A DNA stretch of 63,455 nt, the filler included, from Intoshia linei (lineage: Eukaryota; Animalia; Orthonectida), in NCBI GenBank assembly GCA_001642005.1. It is 10 parts of 10 records of this genome, joined end to end, with 100 filler letters (N's around TTAATTAATTAA, not from the genome) between each part and the next. Parts side by side here need not be neighbours in the genome. Positions count along the whole stretch, not along the records: positions 1 to 14,125 come from LWCA01000981.1; 9 more parts are not named here. One strand, given 5' to 3'. The notes below the pieces were generated by a model. That model made no database searches. It was not told the origin of the DNA and saw nothing but the letters and a program-made list of their open reading frames with translations. Each line of letters opens with the position of its first letter. Within the stretch, counting starts at the first letter, position 1. This document shows positions 1 to 12,339 of the stretch, piece after piece. Both the position numbers and the translations under genes were made by a program.

Positions 1-612
1 TCTTTAAACTAGGCTTTTTTGTAATGCTGGAGTGTATTTTAACCTTTAATACTGTCAAGCAAAAGTTTTTCTTGATTCTCTTATCATAATAGTCTCTTCT
101 CTGGCTGTCAGCCTGCGTTTTCAATCTGACCTTGTCAAGTAAGCTATGCATAAACCCTATTTCTATTTTTTAATAATATTTTGAAACGCACATCGATAAA
201 TACTAAAGGTTTTACTTATAAAACCCTGACTTTTTCCTTTTTTGCATTAAAATATCGCATTATATCTTTTTTTGTCATTTATTCGTGTCATTTACTAAAC
301 AAATAGTTATTTGTAATTTATAGATCATTAGTAATTCATTACCTTTTTCGTTTTAATGCATATTTAATGAAGTTTAATTGAAATTATCAAGGTGCCTAAG
401 ACTTATGTCGTCAATATTTTTAATATCGCAAACAAAACCGTATTAAAATGTATCTTTTTATAGGTAGTTTATGACATCAGCATGGTTAATATTGGTAAAA
501 TCATTCTTCAATTAGTCTGATCTTTAATTTCAAGTTCAAGATTCGCCTTATTAACTTTATAGTGGTTTTTAATGAGAATGTGTAGTGTGCCTAAGATTTA
601 TGTCTCGCACTG
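1..612 (-). mobile_element. 5' part of a decayed Tc1/mariner element (IR/DR type), truncated by the window edge
   Basis: Terminus CACTG|TA at 608-614. The 18-mer GTGCCTAAGA(T/C)TTATGTC occurs at 587-604 and 392-409 (direct repeat inside the TIR). The minus strand of ~70-140 reads RSD*KRRLTAREETIMIRESRK, resembling the Tc1 GRPR linker and second HTH, with a stop. Confidence 0.7.
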
Positions 613-639
613 TACTTGATTAATGATCGACCGATGACT

Positions 640-1590
640 ATTTCAAAAATTATTGCAAAATTAATTGAAAAAAATTTACAGAAGAATACATAAATAAGGT
701 TAAAATTGCAAAAAACCACAGAGTTTATCTTAGAACTGTATATAGTCTTTCAAATCTGAATAGGTCGATCAAATCAAAACGAACTACAACAGTCCAGAAA
801 GAAAAAATTCAAAAAACATTAAAAAGGCAAGTTATAGAGTTCAAAGTTCTGGAAAAATAGTGACATTATCATCAATGGCTCACCGTATGCGAAATACCCC
901 ATAAACATCTACCATTTGTTGAGCCCTCAAGGATAGGGGTCTAAGCTTTAAACATTTAGGTCAAAAACTCATTTTAAACGAAACACAAAAGAATGGGCAC
1001 ATAAATTTATTCGATGATGTATTTGTTCACTTTAAAAACATCGGCCAGGATTTATATTCCAATAAAATAATCCCTGCCACATGTAAGCAAGAAAACTCTT
1101 TCGATGTTTGCGTTTGAATCAATACAGTTGTTGAATTGTCCCCCTTATTCCCAGATTTATGTCATATCGAGAATTTGGAGTCTATATTTAATAATCAATT
1201 CTATGATGGTACACGACTTTATTAAAAAAAAGTCTAGTGGTAAAACATATCTCATATTGTCCAGAAAATCAATCTGAATGAAAAAAAAATATCAGATAAC
1301 TCCATCAATCTTTTAATTCAAAAGTATACAAAGCCTTAATGAGTAATGGCAATTTGATTGATATTTAACATAATATATTCTGTTTTGCAAAATTGTTGAG
1401 ACTTTCATATTTTCTCAAAAATTAAAAAATGAATTATCTACAAATAAATTCAATTTATTTTTATAAATTTGTAATCAATGACGGTTCTTACTAATATGTA
1501 TCATATAAAAAATTCAGAAATTTATATGTTAATTTAGACAGGCTTATATCAATTGCAAAATTTTAAATTGCTGGGAGGAGATATATAATA
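640..1590 (+). mobile_element. Highly decayed Tc1/IS630-like transposase remnant
   Basis: ~1133-1180 resembles a frameshifted WPPYSPDLxxIENLW motif. The ~1380-1590 end is similar to the ~5720-5910 end of another Tc1 remnant. Boundaries approximate. Confidence 0.45.
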
Positions 1591-1983
1591 TAATTTTATA
1601 TAAGTAAGGATTATATTAGCTTGATTCTTATGTACTTTATACAAACAGCATATTAGCTCTGACGAAAGCGAAATTTTTTAATTCTACCAATAAAATAAAT
1701 TAAACAATAAAACCTTACTTAAAATGCAACTCACTATTATCAATCCTTTAAAGTGGTTCCTAAACTTGTTTTCATTTTAAAAAAAAGTTAATCTGGTGTT
1801 TTTATCGTGAAAATTATTTTTTTTAATGTTTTCATTGATGATAATTCTTATGCTTTTAAAAACTATCCCAGAATGTATGTTGTATAAAATTTTAAAACTT
1901 TTTTCATTTTTACAAAAAAAAGTAATTTGTGGTTTTGGACGTGAAGATATAAGATTAATAAATTGAAAAAATAATTTACGTAC

Positions 1984-4254
1984 TAATAACAAGTAAATTC
2001 TTTAAAGTCGCACATAAAGCGTATAAAATATCTGGAGAACACTTTTCATTGATTTTAACAGTAATTTCATTAGCTAAATTCATTTCAATACATTTAACGT
2101 TGAAATTTTCTAAAATAAAATATTTTTAAATACTTTTTAAAAAAAAACTATTTCTACATAAATTTCCAAAAATCAACATGACATATTCATAGATTGTATC
2201 CTTATATTTTAGAAAATGAAATAATTTTTTGGAAACTAAATCAAAATCGATTTCGTCAATGCAATTATCTAAAAATTAAATTATAAACAATTTTAATCAG
2301 GAATTCCTATACTTTCTTCACAGCGGACCCGTAATTTACTAAAAAAATTCTCGCGGACCACAAAAACAAAATTATAAAGCCAAATTTAAAAAAATAATAT
2401 AAACTTAATTATAATACTTCTCTTTTAACCCTAGAGTGACAACCCTCTTTATAATTGAACTAATCAAATTATTTTGAAAAAATTTTCCATGGTACTTGGA
2501 CCAAGGATTTTGAAAGCGCTGATTTAAAGTGTAGTTTTATAAAAAAATGAATTCACTAAAACTAGGCGCTAATTCAGAACTATCAAAAATAATCTACAGG
2601 ACCCAGAGATAAAATAGTTAAATAAATATTACTAGCCTCAGAAAAAATAAATATGGTGTTTTATATTATATTAATACCAACTCCATTAATATTATTATTT
2701 GGAACAAATAAAAATTGAATTAAATTTGTGGACCACAATGAAAAAAGGTTGAAAAGCCATAAAATATACCATAAGAAGAAAGAAAAACAACAAGTTTGAG
2801 AGATTTTTCCAAATATGTATCATTTTGATTTAAAAGTGTTTCAAAACATTTTTTATCAATCATTAGTTTCATGCATTTATCTAAAAAATGAAAATGAAGG
2901 AAAAATAAAAAAAGTACATAATAAAATCAAACCATTATCGACTATAATATTTGTCAATATTTCAAAAACATACTCAAGAATCGAGTTTTCAGTAGATTTA
3001 TTATTCAAATTTATAATAAGGAAATCAACAAAATCATCAGATAAAATTTGAGATGAACCTATTGGCAAAAATGTAACAATGTAAAAAAATAAAATATACC
3101 ACTTGCGCTCAAAACCGACAAAAGTTGCCAACTTAGATCAGTGTATAACGCATTCTCTGAATCCTTCAATACATTCAAAACACAATTCAATACTCCAGCT
3201 TTAATAAACATTGAACAAAAATTGACTAATTTAAAATTAAATTTTAAAATGAAATAAAAATACAAGAATCAATGCAAAGATTAAGAACCATTCCAACAAT
3301 TGCTTTAATAAAATCTTGAGATTCTTTTTTATTGATTAATACAACAACATGGTTTAAATTTGAAATATTTTCACATTTCAATAATTTTTGGCGAGTTTCG
3401 CCTATTCTGATACAATTAAAATAAACCAAAAAATCTACCTGATTCATATGTAATATTAGCCACTAGTCTAAAATACTGTTTATTGAAATTGTCTTTGAAT
3501 AAATTTAGTACTATCTCATAATCCAATTTTTCATGGCACAGTTTTCTTCCTTCGTCTATATTGTAAAATGTAAATCAATGGTTTATGTTCTAATTTACTA
3601 CTGTTCTAAGGCCGCACTAACGTCCAAAAAAATTTAATCAAATACAGCAGTGCTTCTCATGAGAGTGACGAGTCACCCCAAAGGGGTGAATATGAAATTT
3701 TTAGATGATTAAGTAAATGATAAATTTTTAGTAAATTTTATGGGAAAAATTTACCAACCCTAAAGGAAAAAATCCCTCTATCTGGTCCCAAAATAAAAAA
3801 CCTAATTTTACCAACCCTTAATGAAAAAAACGGTTTTACTAATATTTATCTAAAAAATCCCATTCTACTAAAAATTAATACTTTAAAAATAATATAATAA
3901 ATAAAATAATTTTAAATGAAGAATAATTCAAATTGTTCAGAAGGCCAATCGTTGGGTTATCAATTAGTAATATATAACGACGTTAGTCAAAATTTGGGTA
4001 CAGGGTGTCTGCATTTTATGAGGTTAGAATAAAAAAAAATTAACCTAAACGACATAAATTTGCAAGAATTTCACAAGTGATGTTACTGTTTTCGTTGGTT
4101 TTTAAAATATCGTTAACAGAATTAAACCATTCTTCTTCAGGTAAATAATTTTCTAAAATTTTAAATTTAAAAAAGGTAAAGGTTTCGTATTGAATTTACC
4201 GTTTTTAACTTTTTCATTCAATAAATGCAATTGATTAGAATAATTTACTGACAT
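1984..4254 (-). CDS. RAP1GDS1: Armadillo-repeat protein, RAP1GDS1/SmgGDS-like; 9 exons visible, 3' end not found in the window
   Basis: Exons 4254-4200, 4152-4045, 3555-3439, 3401-3264, 3225-3100, 3058-2933, 2880-2770, 2268-2149 and 2109-1984 splice GT-AG in frame. Peptides RLVANITYES, AIVGMVLNLCIDS, YVFEILTNI, LIFGNLCRN and LYALCATLKNL follow the order of SmgGDS RALGNICYDS, VFCGMLMNYS, MIFEVLAPL, LAIANFARN and HAALSALRNL (recalled). Confidence 0.7.
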
Positions 4255-4340
4255 TCACTTCAAATTTATTTAAAAAATAGTTTATTTTCTTACATCATAT
4301 TTACAATCGTTTTCAAATTTTATTTTTGTTTATAATAAAA

Positions 4341-4498
4341 TAAAGTGGCCAGAAAAATACGTACTATCACTTTTAGTTTATTTGGAATTAATTTTAAGCC
4401 GAAAATTTTTATTCGTCATCATAGATAAGTAGTTTTGGCTTTACATTTAACACCAAATAAACTAAAATTGATAGTACGTATTTTTTCTTGCCACTTTA
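4341..4498. mobile_element. Palindromic ~157-bp MITE, family A copy 1 (7-bp TSD AATAAAA)
   Basis: ~45-bp TIRs TAAAGTGGCCAGAAAAATACGTACTATC... AATAAAA lies at 4334-4340 and 4499-4505. Close copies at 48920-49074 and 56292-56448. Confidence 0.85.
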
Positions 4499-4755
4499 AA
4501 TAAAACGTTTATAATAACAATGAACTTTATTGTTAGTTTATTTATGAACGATAAATTTTTATTTAAAATACGATCTATGACTCTTAGATATACTAAGACG
4601 CCTTGCAGTGTATTCCAGTTGACCTAGATACAAAATGTCACCCTGGAAAGTCTTGTATTCCTAATTAAATTGTAATGGAACTTGATTAGTTGGACAATTT
4701 GAATATTTATAAATTTAATGTACATGTATTATCGTTATCGGATTTTATTAAATAA

Positions 4756-7700
4756 ATGTTAACCAAATTTTTTTCATTCATGGCTATCAAAGTTTTAAGA
4801 AAAATGGTAAACTGTAAATCTGCCAAAATTAGTATAATTGGACTACCGAATTGTGGGAAATCTACCATTTGTAATTTGTTAGGTGGATGGAAGGTAATTT
4901 TATACTTTTACAATTTTAGTATAGTGACAATTTTTACATGATGTATATGGAAATCTACGTGGTCCCAAATTTCTAGGTCATATCCATACCGGTTTTTAAA
5001 ATTTTTAAAGTAATTATATTACTTAGTTCAGTAAATACATCTTCAAATAAAATTTTAATATACGAATTGCTATTATTAGTATGGTCCAATTTTCTAATCA
5101 TAACTTTCCCACAAGATGTTAAACAACCCCAAATCATTATGGATCCACCTTAAATGCTCTTTTTCGGAGTTTTAATGGTTTCCATATGAGATTATCACTT
5201 CCATCTAAAGAAAATCTACATTCATCCGAAAATACGATTTTATCGATATCAACCCTATTAAAAAAAGGTTGCATACAAAATTTAGACGGCCATTTTTTTG
5301 TGCATCAGTCAAGGTCAGTTTTATCAATGAACGTCGATACTTCAAACCTCTATCATTAAGGACCCGTCAAATAGTCGCTCTTGAAGGAGCACATCGTATA
5401 CAGGCAGCAACGGATGTGGATGTAACAACTCTTCCAGATTTTTGCATCCCATCAGCAGCCTTTTTAATTGCTTTTTGAACTATTTCTTTTTTGAAAGTTG
5501 TAATTCGCTTCGATTTGATTGATCTTTATTCATTTGAAATATTATAAATTGTTCTTAGGGAAACATTGCGGGTTTCTGCGATATTTACCTTTTCAATACC
5601 ATCCTTCAAATCTTTTTCTATTAATTTTGTAATAATATTTGACAGTGTCATTTGCGATAATGAAAACAGTTTAAAAACAATTATTTGTCAGGAAATCCGA
5701 GTTTATCATGTTTTCAATAGTTTTGCAAAATTGGTGAGACGTTTAAAGTAACTAAATCATTAAATACTTCAATTTCTACAACTTTTTTCAGGTTTATTTT
5801 ATTTTTTTACCAATGAAAGATCTTGCCAAATCGGTTAATATATAAAAAATTGAAAAACAGCATGTTATGTAGATTGATTCATATCAATTGCAAAATTGCT
5901 GCGAGGTAGTATACAAATATACTTTCTTTTATAAATAATTCGATTTCATCAATTTTTATATTATATTAGTATTTATTGTATAATTTATATTAGGAATTGT
6001 CATATGCGTCTTTTCGCAGTGTTCATTTATCTTTTTCCAGCAATATTTAATTGTTTCCACTGTTATTTTTCCCCATGCTTGAGAAATTATAACAATAGCT
6101 TGCCTTATGTTTAAATTAGAAAAGTAATTTCATAATTCGTCACAATTAATAGTTAGGAAAAATTCTCTCATTACATTATAATAATGGTTTTGAAACGATT
6201 TTATGATACACATATCAAGTGGTTGAATTAAAGCTGTTGCATTCTTTGGTAAAAAAACCAAATTAATATTTGAACAATCTAACTGTTTATGGCAACTAGC
6301 AAAAATCCAAAATCGGTACAATTTTTCTTTTTTGATCCTTCATTTCACAATTCAAAACCATCATCTATGTATAAAAAATATTGCTTGTCATCCATGCATT
6401 TACCGATGAATTAAATAAAACTCCGAAATCAGATGAAAAAAAATTTTTCATACATCGAGGATTCTTACTTTTTCCTATTACCAATGGCTGTAGCTTTTCC
6501 CCCTCCAAAATACAACATAAAAATAATGTTACTTTTTGTTTCATTTGTTAAGTTCCTTTACATTCATCTTTTTTTTACAAATAATTTCTTTAGAAGGTTT
6601 TTAATATATAAAGCGATTTCGTCACAATTGAAAACATTCTCACTTTTATATTCACGTATGTGCTCATTGTAAATTGCATAAAAATCAATTAAATTCGACT
6701 TATCACATGATTTTTTTTCACCATAAATTGACTTAAATAATAATTTATGCCTGGATTTGAATCTATCTAACCATCCAATTGAGGCAACATAATTGTTAAT
6801 ATTCAATCGTGTAGACACGTTTAGAGCAATATGTTTTAATGTCGTACCATTAACCGAGACATCTTGTTTCCTAAACTTTAAGAATGTCTCAAACACGGCT
6901 TTATCTAATTCAACATAACAATTATGTGTGCTTGATGACCGTATTGCATCAACATTGACATTCATCACTTGATTATTTAAAACTGGTAATATTTCCTTTT
7001 TAATTCTAGATATTGTATCTTTACTCGTTGCATACAATGCACACAATTTTCGTTCGGAGAACTTTTTATCTTTGAATAATTGAGCTATTTCCAATTTTGT
7101 GTCATAATTTAATTTATCGTTCATTTTCATTTAAAATTTTTGTATAAAAATAAAGTTTCCCAAAACGAGGTTTATTTGACACTTATTTATAGGACATAGT
7201 ACATAATACTACGATACTAATACGATATTGAAAAAGTGCTCCAAAAAGCGAGGGTACATGCTGTCCAAGTTCGCCCCAAACCGCGATCGAACTGTATTAA
7301 AATAAAAAAAAATATTTATAAAATTTTCAAATTCTCACGACCCCGGTTGAAAACTACTGATTTATACGGTTATAGATTGGCTAATATAATATTTATTTTT
7401 TTTGTAATTCATAATTACGTAAATTCAACGTTGACGAACTTTTTAAGGAAAATTTTTAATGAATACAGCAATATTTTTTTTAATTGAATCAAATCTTATG
7501 TTATGTCACATTTCACAATTTTGGGTATTTTGAATAGTAGATAGAACAGAAATTTTTAACTATAACAATTTGATAATTTTTTATTTACCACTGAAAATAT
7601 TATTTTATTCGAATTACAGGGTGGAAAAAGGTTAAGAACCCACTAATCAGATATACTATTTTAATGTGTTTAATTTAACTGTTTTAATTTTGAATCTTAT

Positions 7701-10700
7701 GAATAAAATGTGTATAGTTTAGCGCAGTATCTAAAAAAGTTCATACAACTATCAAAAATGTTAAAGCTGTTGTAAATCAAGATGGTTTTCAGATGGTAAT
7801 TTTTTTAGTTGGATAATTATCTGTAATTATTCGTAAATTATAATTTAATTTATTAGACATTAATTGATACACCTGGATTAATTTCCGTTGATGATATTAC
7901 CAAGTAAAATTTAATAATATATTAAAATTCTGGTTAATTGAATTTGATTTTTTAAAGAAACACAATTTCAATTTAATCAAACAATAATAGGGTAAATATG
8001 AACATGAAAATTCATGAGAAACAAAAAAATCAATAAAAAAAGCCAATAATTCACTCGTATTTTTTAAATCGCATCCCTCTATAATTCAATAAAAAAAATT
8101 ATATATTTTTAGATCTATAAAGATCTTTATAGAGGTTAGTAATTATTAGAGGATAGTACGTTATTAGTAAAAAATAATTTTTTAGATTATGTATTTTCTG
8201 AAATATTATAGAAAAATCACGATTCCTCTACCGTTGAGAACCACGTCTATATATCATCAAAATTTTTAACTGTTAAGTTCCAAATTAAATATATTTAACT
8301 TTCACTACAGTAGTCCGTTAGAGTTAAATGGATGGAATTAAGCCAATGTTATTTACCAAACTTTTTTTTGAGCTTTCTTGAAACACATCGCTAATCTAAA
8401 ACTGAATATTTTTGAGAGATACCATTGTATTGATAAATTTTAGATATAATTTGAATAAAGAAATAATAAAATTACCAGAAGAATCAATTTTGGAAGCTGA
8501 TATAGGTTTATTTTGAATATGTGGTATGATTACATCAAATTAAAAATTTTTTAGTCATGTTGATTGTGGATGTTTCAAATGAAAACTCGATTCAGTTCAG
8601 TGACCAGATGTTTTCAATTTTGATTAAAAATATACATCAGAAATCTGTGTTAATTTTCAACAAGGTAATCAGTTTTAAAGTACATTATACAGTGCACGCA
8701 ATAAACATAGGTACAACCGATTTATATTATTTTTTGGTCTATTAACATTAATTTTCATGAATATTTCATCTCAATTAAATAAGGTATTAAAAAGTACGCT
8801 TTTTGATACCATTATTTTTCTTCTGCCACCTTTATATGAAAAGTTATCAGACAAATCGGTAATTAACCGCGCAATAAACATAGGACACTTCAAATTAAAA
8901 TTACTTTTTTTATACAATAATAAAATTTAAAAATGTAATTACCATTTTCATTATGTTTATATATATAGTATCTTCTCAATAATATATAATTTATTTATTT
9001 ATGTATATTTTAGCAATGGCAGAGGTAAACATTTAACTGATTTTGAACAGTGTCAAATTATGGCATCAGGTTATTATTATGTTGTCAACATTAATTATTC
9101 TTAACCTTGAGTTTTGAGCGCAGCGTGAAAATTTTTTGTGGGTCCTCTTTTACTTTGGGGTCTCTTTTTCAAAAAATAATAACAGTTTACACACAATTTT
9201 TATTGCAAATTTCAAAATGTATACTTTAAATTTTTTATAGCAAATAGCACATTTCAAAATAACTTCATGATGAATACTTTAGAGAAAAAAATTATAGAAT
9301 ATAAATAAAATATGTCTAATTTGATGATTTTAATTGAAATAATTAAATTACCCGGATAAATATCACTTAGCCCTGAGCCCTGAGTTGGATTAGAAAACCA
9401 CAATTCTCAGGGGGAAAATAACGCAGTTAACAACCCTGTATGGCATTAAAAACTGAAAATAAATCACACAAATACATTGCTAAGCAGATTAAAAGGTCTA
9501 GAAATGTGGTATCGAGGTTTATACACAACCCAGAGTCATATGGAAAATCAAAAAGTCCAGGTAGGCCCAAGAAACTTACTTCAAAAATGGAGTCTCATAT
9601 TATACGTGATGCTTCAAGCGGTCAATATACAGCCAGAAAAATCATACAAAATTTAGAATTAGACGTGAAACTCCGTACAGTTCAACAAGTGATAAGTAAT
9701 TGTTCCCACCTTCAACGGAGTAAACGATATCATGCTCCGGTCCTTTCAAAAGCTCATTAAGAAAATAGGATTTTTTTGCCAGAAAATACGTGGATTTGGG
9801 TCCAAATTAGAATTCTGTGATATTCTCGGATGAAAAGATTTGATTTGGAAGGTCCTGGTAGATTCCAGTTTTATTGGCATGATCTACGAAAGGAAAAAGA
9901 AGTCTACTCTACGCGGCAAGATGGAAGTGGATCGGTAATGGTTTGGGGAGAATTTTCACAGAAAGCAAATTCAAATTGGCGATTCTGAATGGAAATTAGA
10001 ACTCTAAGGATTATATTTTTACCTTATCTGAATTTCCATTTACTTACTTTCATTATGGTACAGATTACATTTTTCAACAAGATAATGCTCCAACCACACT
10101 TGTAGTAAGGCAAAACATGGTTTGAAGAACATTCTGTTAATGTAATGAACTGGCCATCGAAGTCTGCTGACCTTAACCCAATAGAAAAATTATGGGGAAT
10201 TTTGGCAAGGTCCGTATACAAAAATGGCAGGCAATTTAAAACTAAGGATCATCTGACGCAGATAATATTGACAGAATGCGAAAATATCCATAAAGATGTT
10301 ATTGAACTGTTAGTATTGACCATGAAGGATAGATGCTTTGAAGTTGTGATCAATAAAGGAGAAAAGACACATTATTAAATTGTAAATAAATTATTTTGAT
10401 TTGAGGTGTCCTATGTTTATTGCGCGGCTAATTAGAGATTTGTGTTATAACTTTTCATATAAAGGTGGCAGAAGAAAAATAATGGTATCAACAAGCGTAT
10501 TTTTTGATACCTTTTTTAATAGAGATGAAATATTCATGAAAATTAATGTTAATAGATCAAAAAATAATATAAATCAGTTGGATCTATGTTTATTGCGCGC
10601 ACTGTACATCACGGCCAGCCAAATTCTGTTCGTATAGATCCCATTTTTTTATAATTAAATAATTTTGTAACTTTTAAGAATAAAAATTAACTTGTGTTTC

Positions 10701-12276
10701 TATGATCCCTACAAAGTTTTAATTGACCCCAAATATTGTTGATACAGTATTCTAGCCATTCTTGAGATTTAGAAAAAGTTGGCGAGATAGAGAATTTAAA
10801 ATTATAGAAACAGCAGATAAAACCTTTAAATTGAAGGTTAAATTGCAATAAAATGTTAATTTTAATACAAAATAATTAAAATCTATTTTATCAAAAAATT
10901 TATTTTTATAACTGAAATGAATTAATTATTTTTTTAATTAAATATTTTCTAAAAATTATGTTTGTATTAAAAAATGAGTTTACTAAATAGTAAATGGAAT
11001 AGAATATAAAGACAATTTTTTATAAGCGTAATATGCATTGCATATCCTTTTTTTTAAATTAATGTATTATCCATCTGCCTTATTAAATATTTAAGTTTTT
11101 ATACGATTTAGACGCATTTTAAATTTCAACGTGACTTAAAGCTTAATTATAAATTTTATAATTTTCAAAAATGGTTTTAAAACTTTTAGTATTATATTTT
11201 AAAATTAATGACCAGTTATGGAATAAATTTTTAATATTTCTATACTACAGTAATAATCATTTGGCGAACTACAGAATTGGTGAGTTGTGGAGAGAATATG
11301 TATATCCATGGGGTCAATATTGACCAACTTGGCGAACATTTATGTACAACATAAATTTATTCATATTTTTAACTGCGCATTCTGATTTTAATAATTTTGA
11401 ATGTCTGATGGTCTTGTGAATCCTTATAAAAATATGTGTCAGTGTGTAACTATTTGTTTAAATTGAATTTCAATTATGATTGAGTCCCAGAAATTTAATA
11501 AATAAAAATTCAAGGTAGTGTCTAACCTAATATAAAGATGAATAATTATAATTTTAGGTAGATATTCTAAAAGAAAAAATAAAATTATTAGATTATACAC
11601 GTCTTTTGACAAATGGAAATTTAAAATGTAATACAGCTCTAAAATCCCAATTTTCTAGTTTGACTGAAATAAAGGAAAATGATATCAAACATTGGCCTTT
11701 TTTTGATCGTGTTTTTATGGCATCAGGTACATAATTTCATTACTTAAAAAAAAGTATTTAGCTAAAAAGAAATCAGGAATACAGGATATTATTGTTTTTA
11801 GAGTAAATGCCATTTTATTTACAATTTAGAATTATATATATGAAAATACAATCGATCGAAATGAAAATGTATATAATAGAGCAACCAATCAATCTGAAGT
11901 GGAAATTATTAAAAATATTATTAGAGAAGCTATGCTTGAAACCCTACCACAAGAAATTCCGTATACTGTTGTACCTGTAAACATTTATCATATCGTCATA
12001 ATTTTAATTTAAGAAAATTAAAACAATCAATCAAATGGAGGACTGTCTTGATATTTCCGTTTCTCTTTCATGTCCAAATAATCGATGCATGGTAGTTTTT
12101 AAGTGATATAATTTTTAATATGGATTTAGTCTTCTCTACTGTGCTATGAAGGACGTAACATTAAAAATATTGTCGCCATTGCAAAAACTCAACTTTCTAA
12201 TGCTTTTAGAGTAAACGTCATGTTGAAAGTTTCAGCTATAGTTGATAAAAAAAATGAAAAAATTGAAAGTAAATGA
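4756..12276 (+). CDS. ERAL1: Mitochondrial GTPase Era (10 exons)
   Basis: Exons 4756-4893, 7718-7795, 7857-7903, 8444-8505, 8555-8664, 11558-11726, 11762-11793, 11830-11976, 12014-12091 and 12130-12276 splice in frame. Motifs: G1 GLPNCGKS, G2 SKKVHTT, G3 DTPG, G4 NK|VD, G5 FMASA, and the KH-domain IIREAMLETLPQEIPY. Confidence 0.93.
4980..5912 (-). mobile_element. Decayed Tc1-family transposase in ERAL1 intron 1
   Basis: The minus strand reads IVFSDECRFSLDGSD (~5240-5200) and GGSIMIWGCLTS (~5150-5115), with frameshifts. Boundaries approximate. Confidence 0.8.
6000..7130 (-). mobile_element. Tigger/pogo transposase pseudogene (CENP-B-type HTH + DDE) in ERAL1 intron 1
   Basis: ORF 6564-7130 contains ASIGWLDRFKSRH, IYGEKKS and VFNCDE. 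ORF 6130-6321 contains FLPKNATALIQPLD. The frame is broken between them. Confidence 0.88.
8690..10604 (+). mobile_element. Full-length but inactivated Tc1/Tc3-like element with ~215-bp IR/DR TIRs in ERAL1 intron 5
   Basis: TA|CAGTG...CACTG|TA termini and long inverted repeats (8690-~8905 and ~10390-10604), each carrying GCAATAAACATAG twice. Transposase pieces GRGKHLTDFEQ, SPGRPKKLT, IFSDEK, QQDNAP and WPSKSADLNPIEKLW with stops and frameshifts. Confidence 0.95.
9067..9438. mobile_element. hAT-type non-autonomous element inserted in the Tc1 transposase
   Basis: Perfect 8-bp TSD TATGGCAT (9059-9066 and 9439-9446) and CAGG...CCTG ends. Removing it restores ...QCQIMALKTENK. Confidence 0.85.
10745..11300. 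mobile_element. ~550-bp TA-flanked MITE with CAGTATTCT termini (Tc1/pogo type)
   Basis: Inverted copy at 52090-52619 with CAGTATTCTCTC...GAGAGAATACTG ends. A related start lies at ~34820. Confidence 0.65.
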
Positions 12277-12339
12277 TGTATATTTTAATCATAAATATTC
12301 AATTAAAATTTTAAAATTCTGGAGGTTCAGTATAATTAT

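Noticed and set aside
2877-3131. ORF 2877-3131 as a membrane protein
   Set aside because: Its hydrophobic ends are translated T-rich introns flanking an ARM-repeat exon of the RAP1GDS1-like gene.
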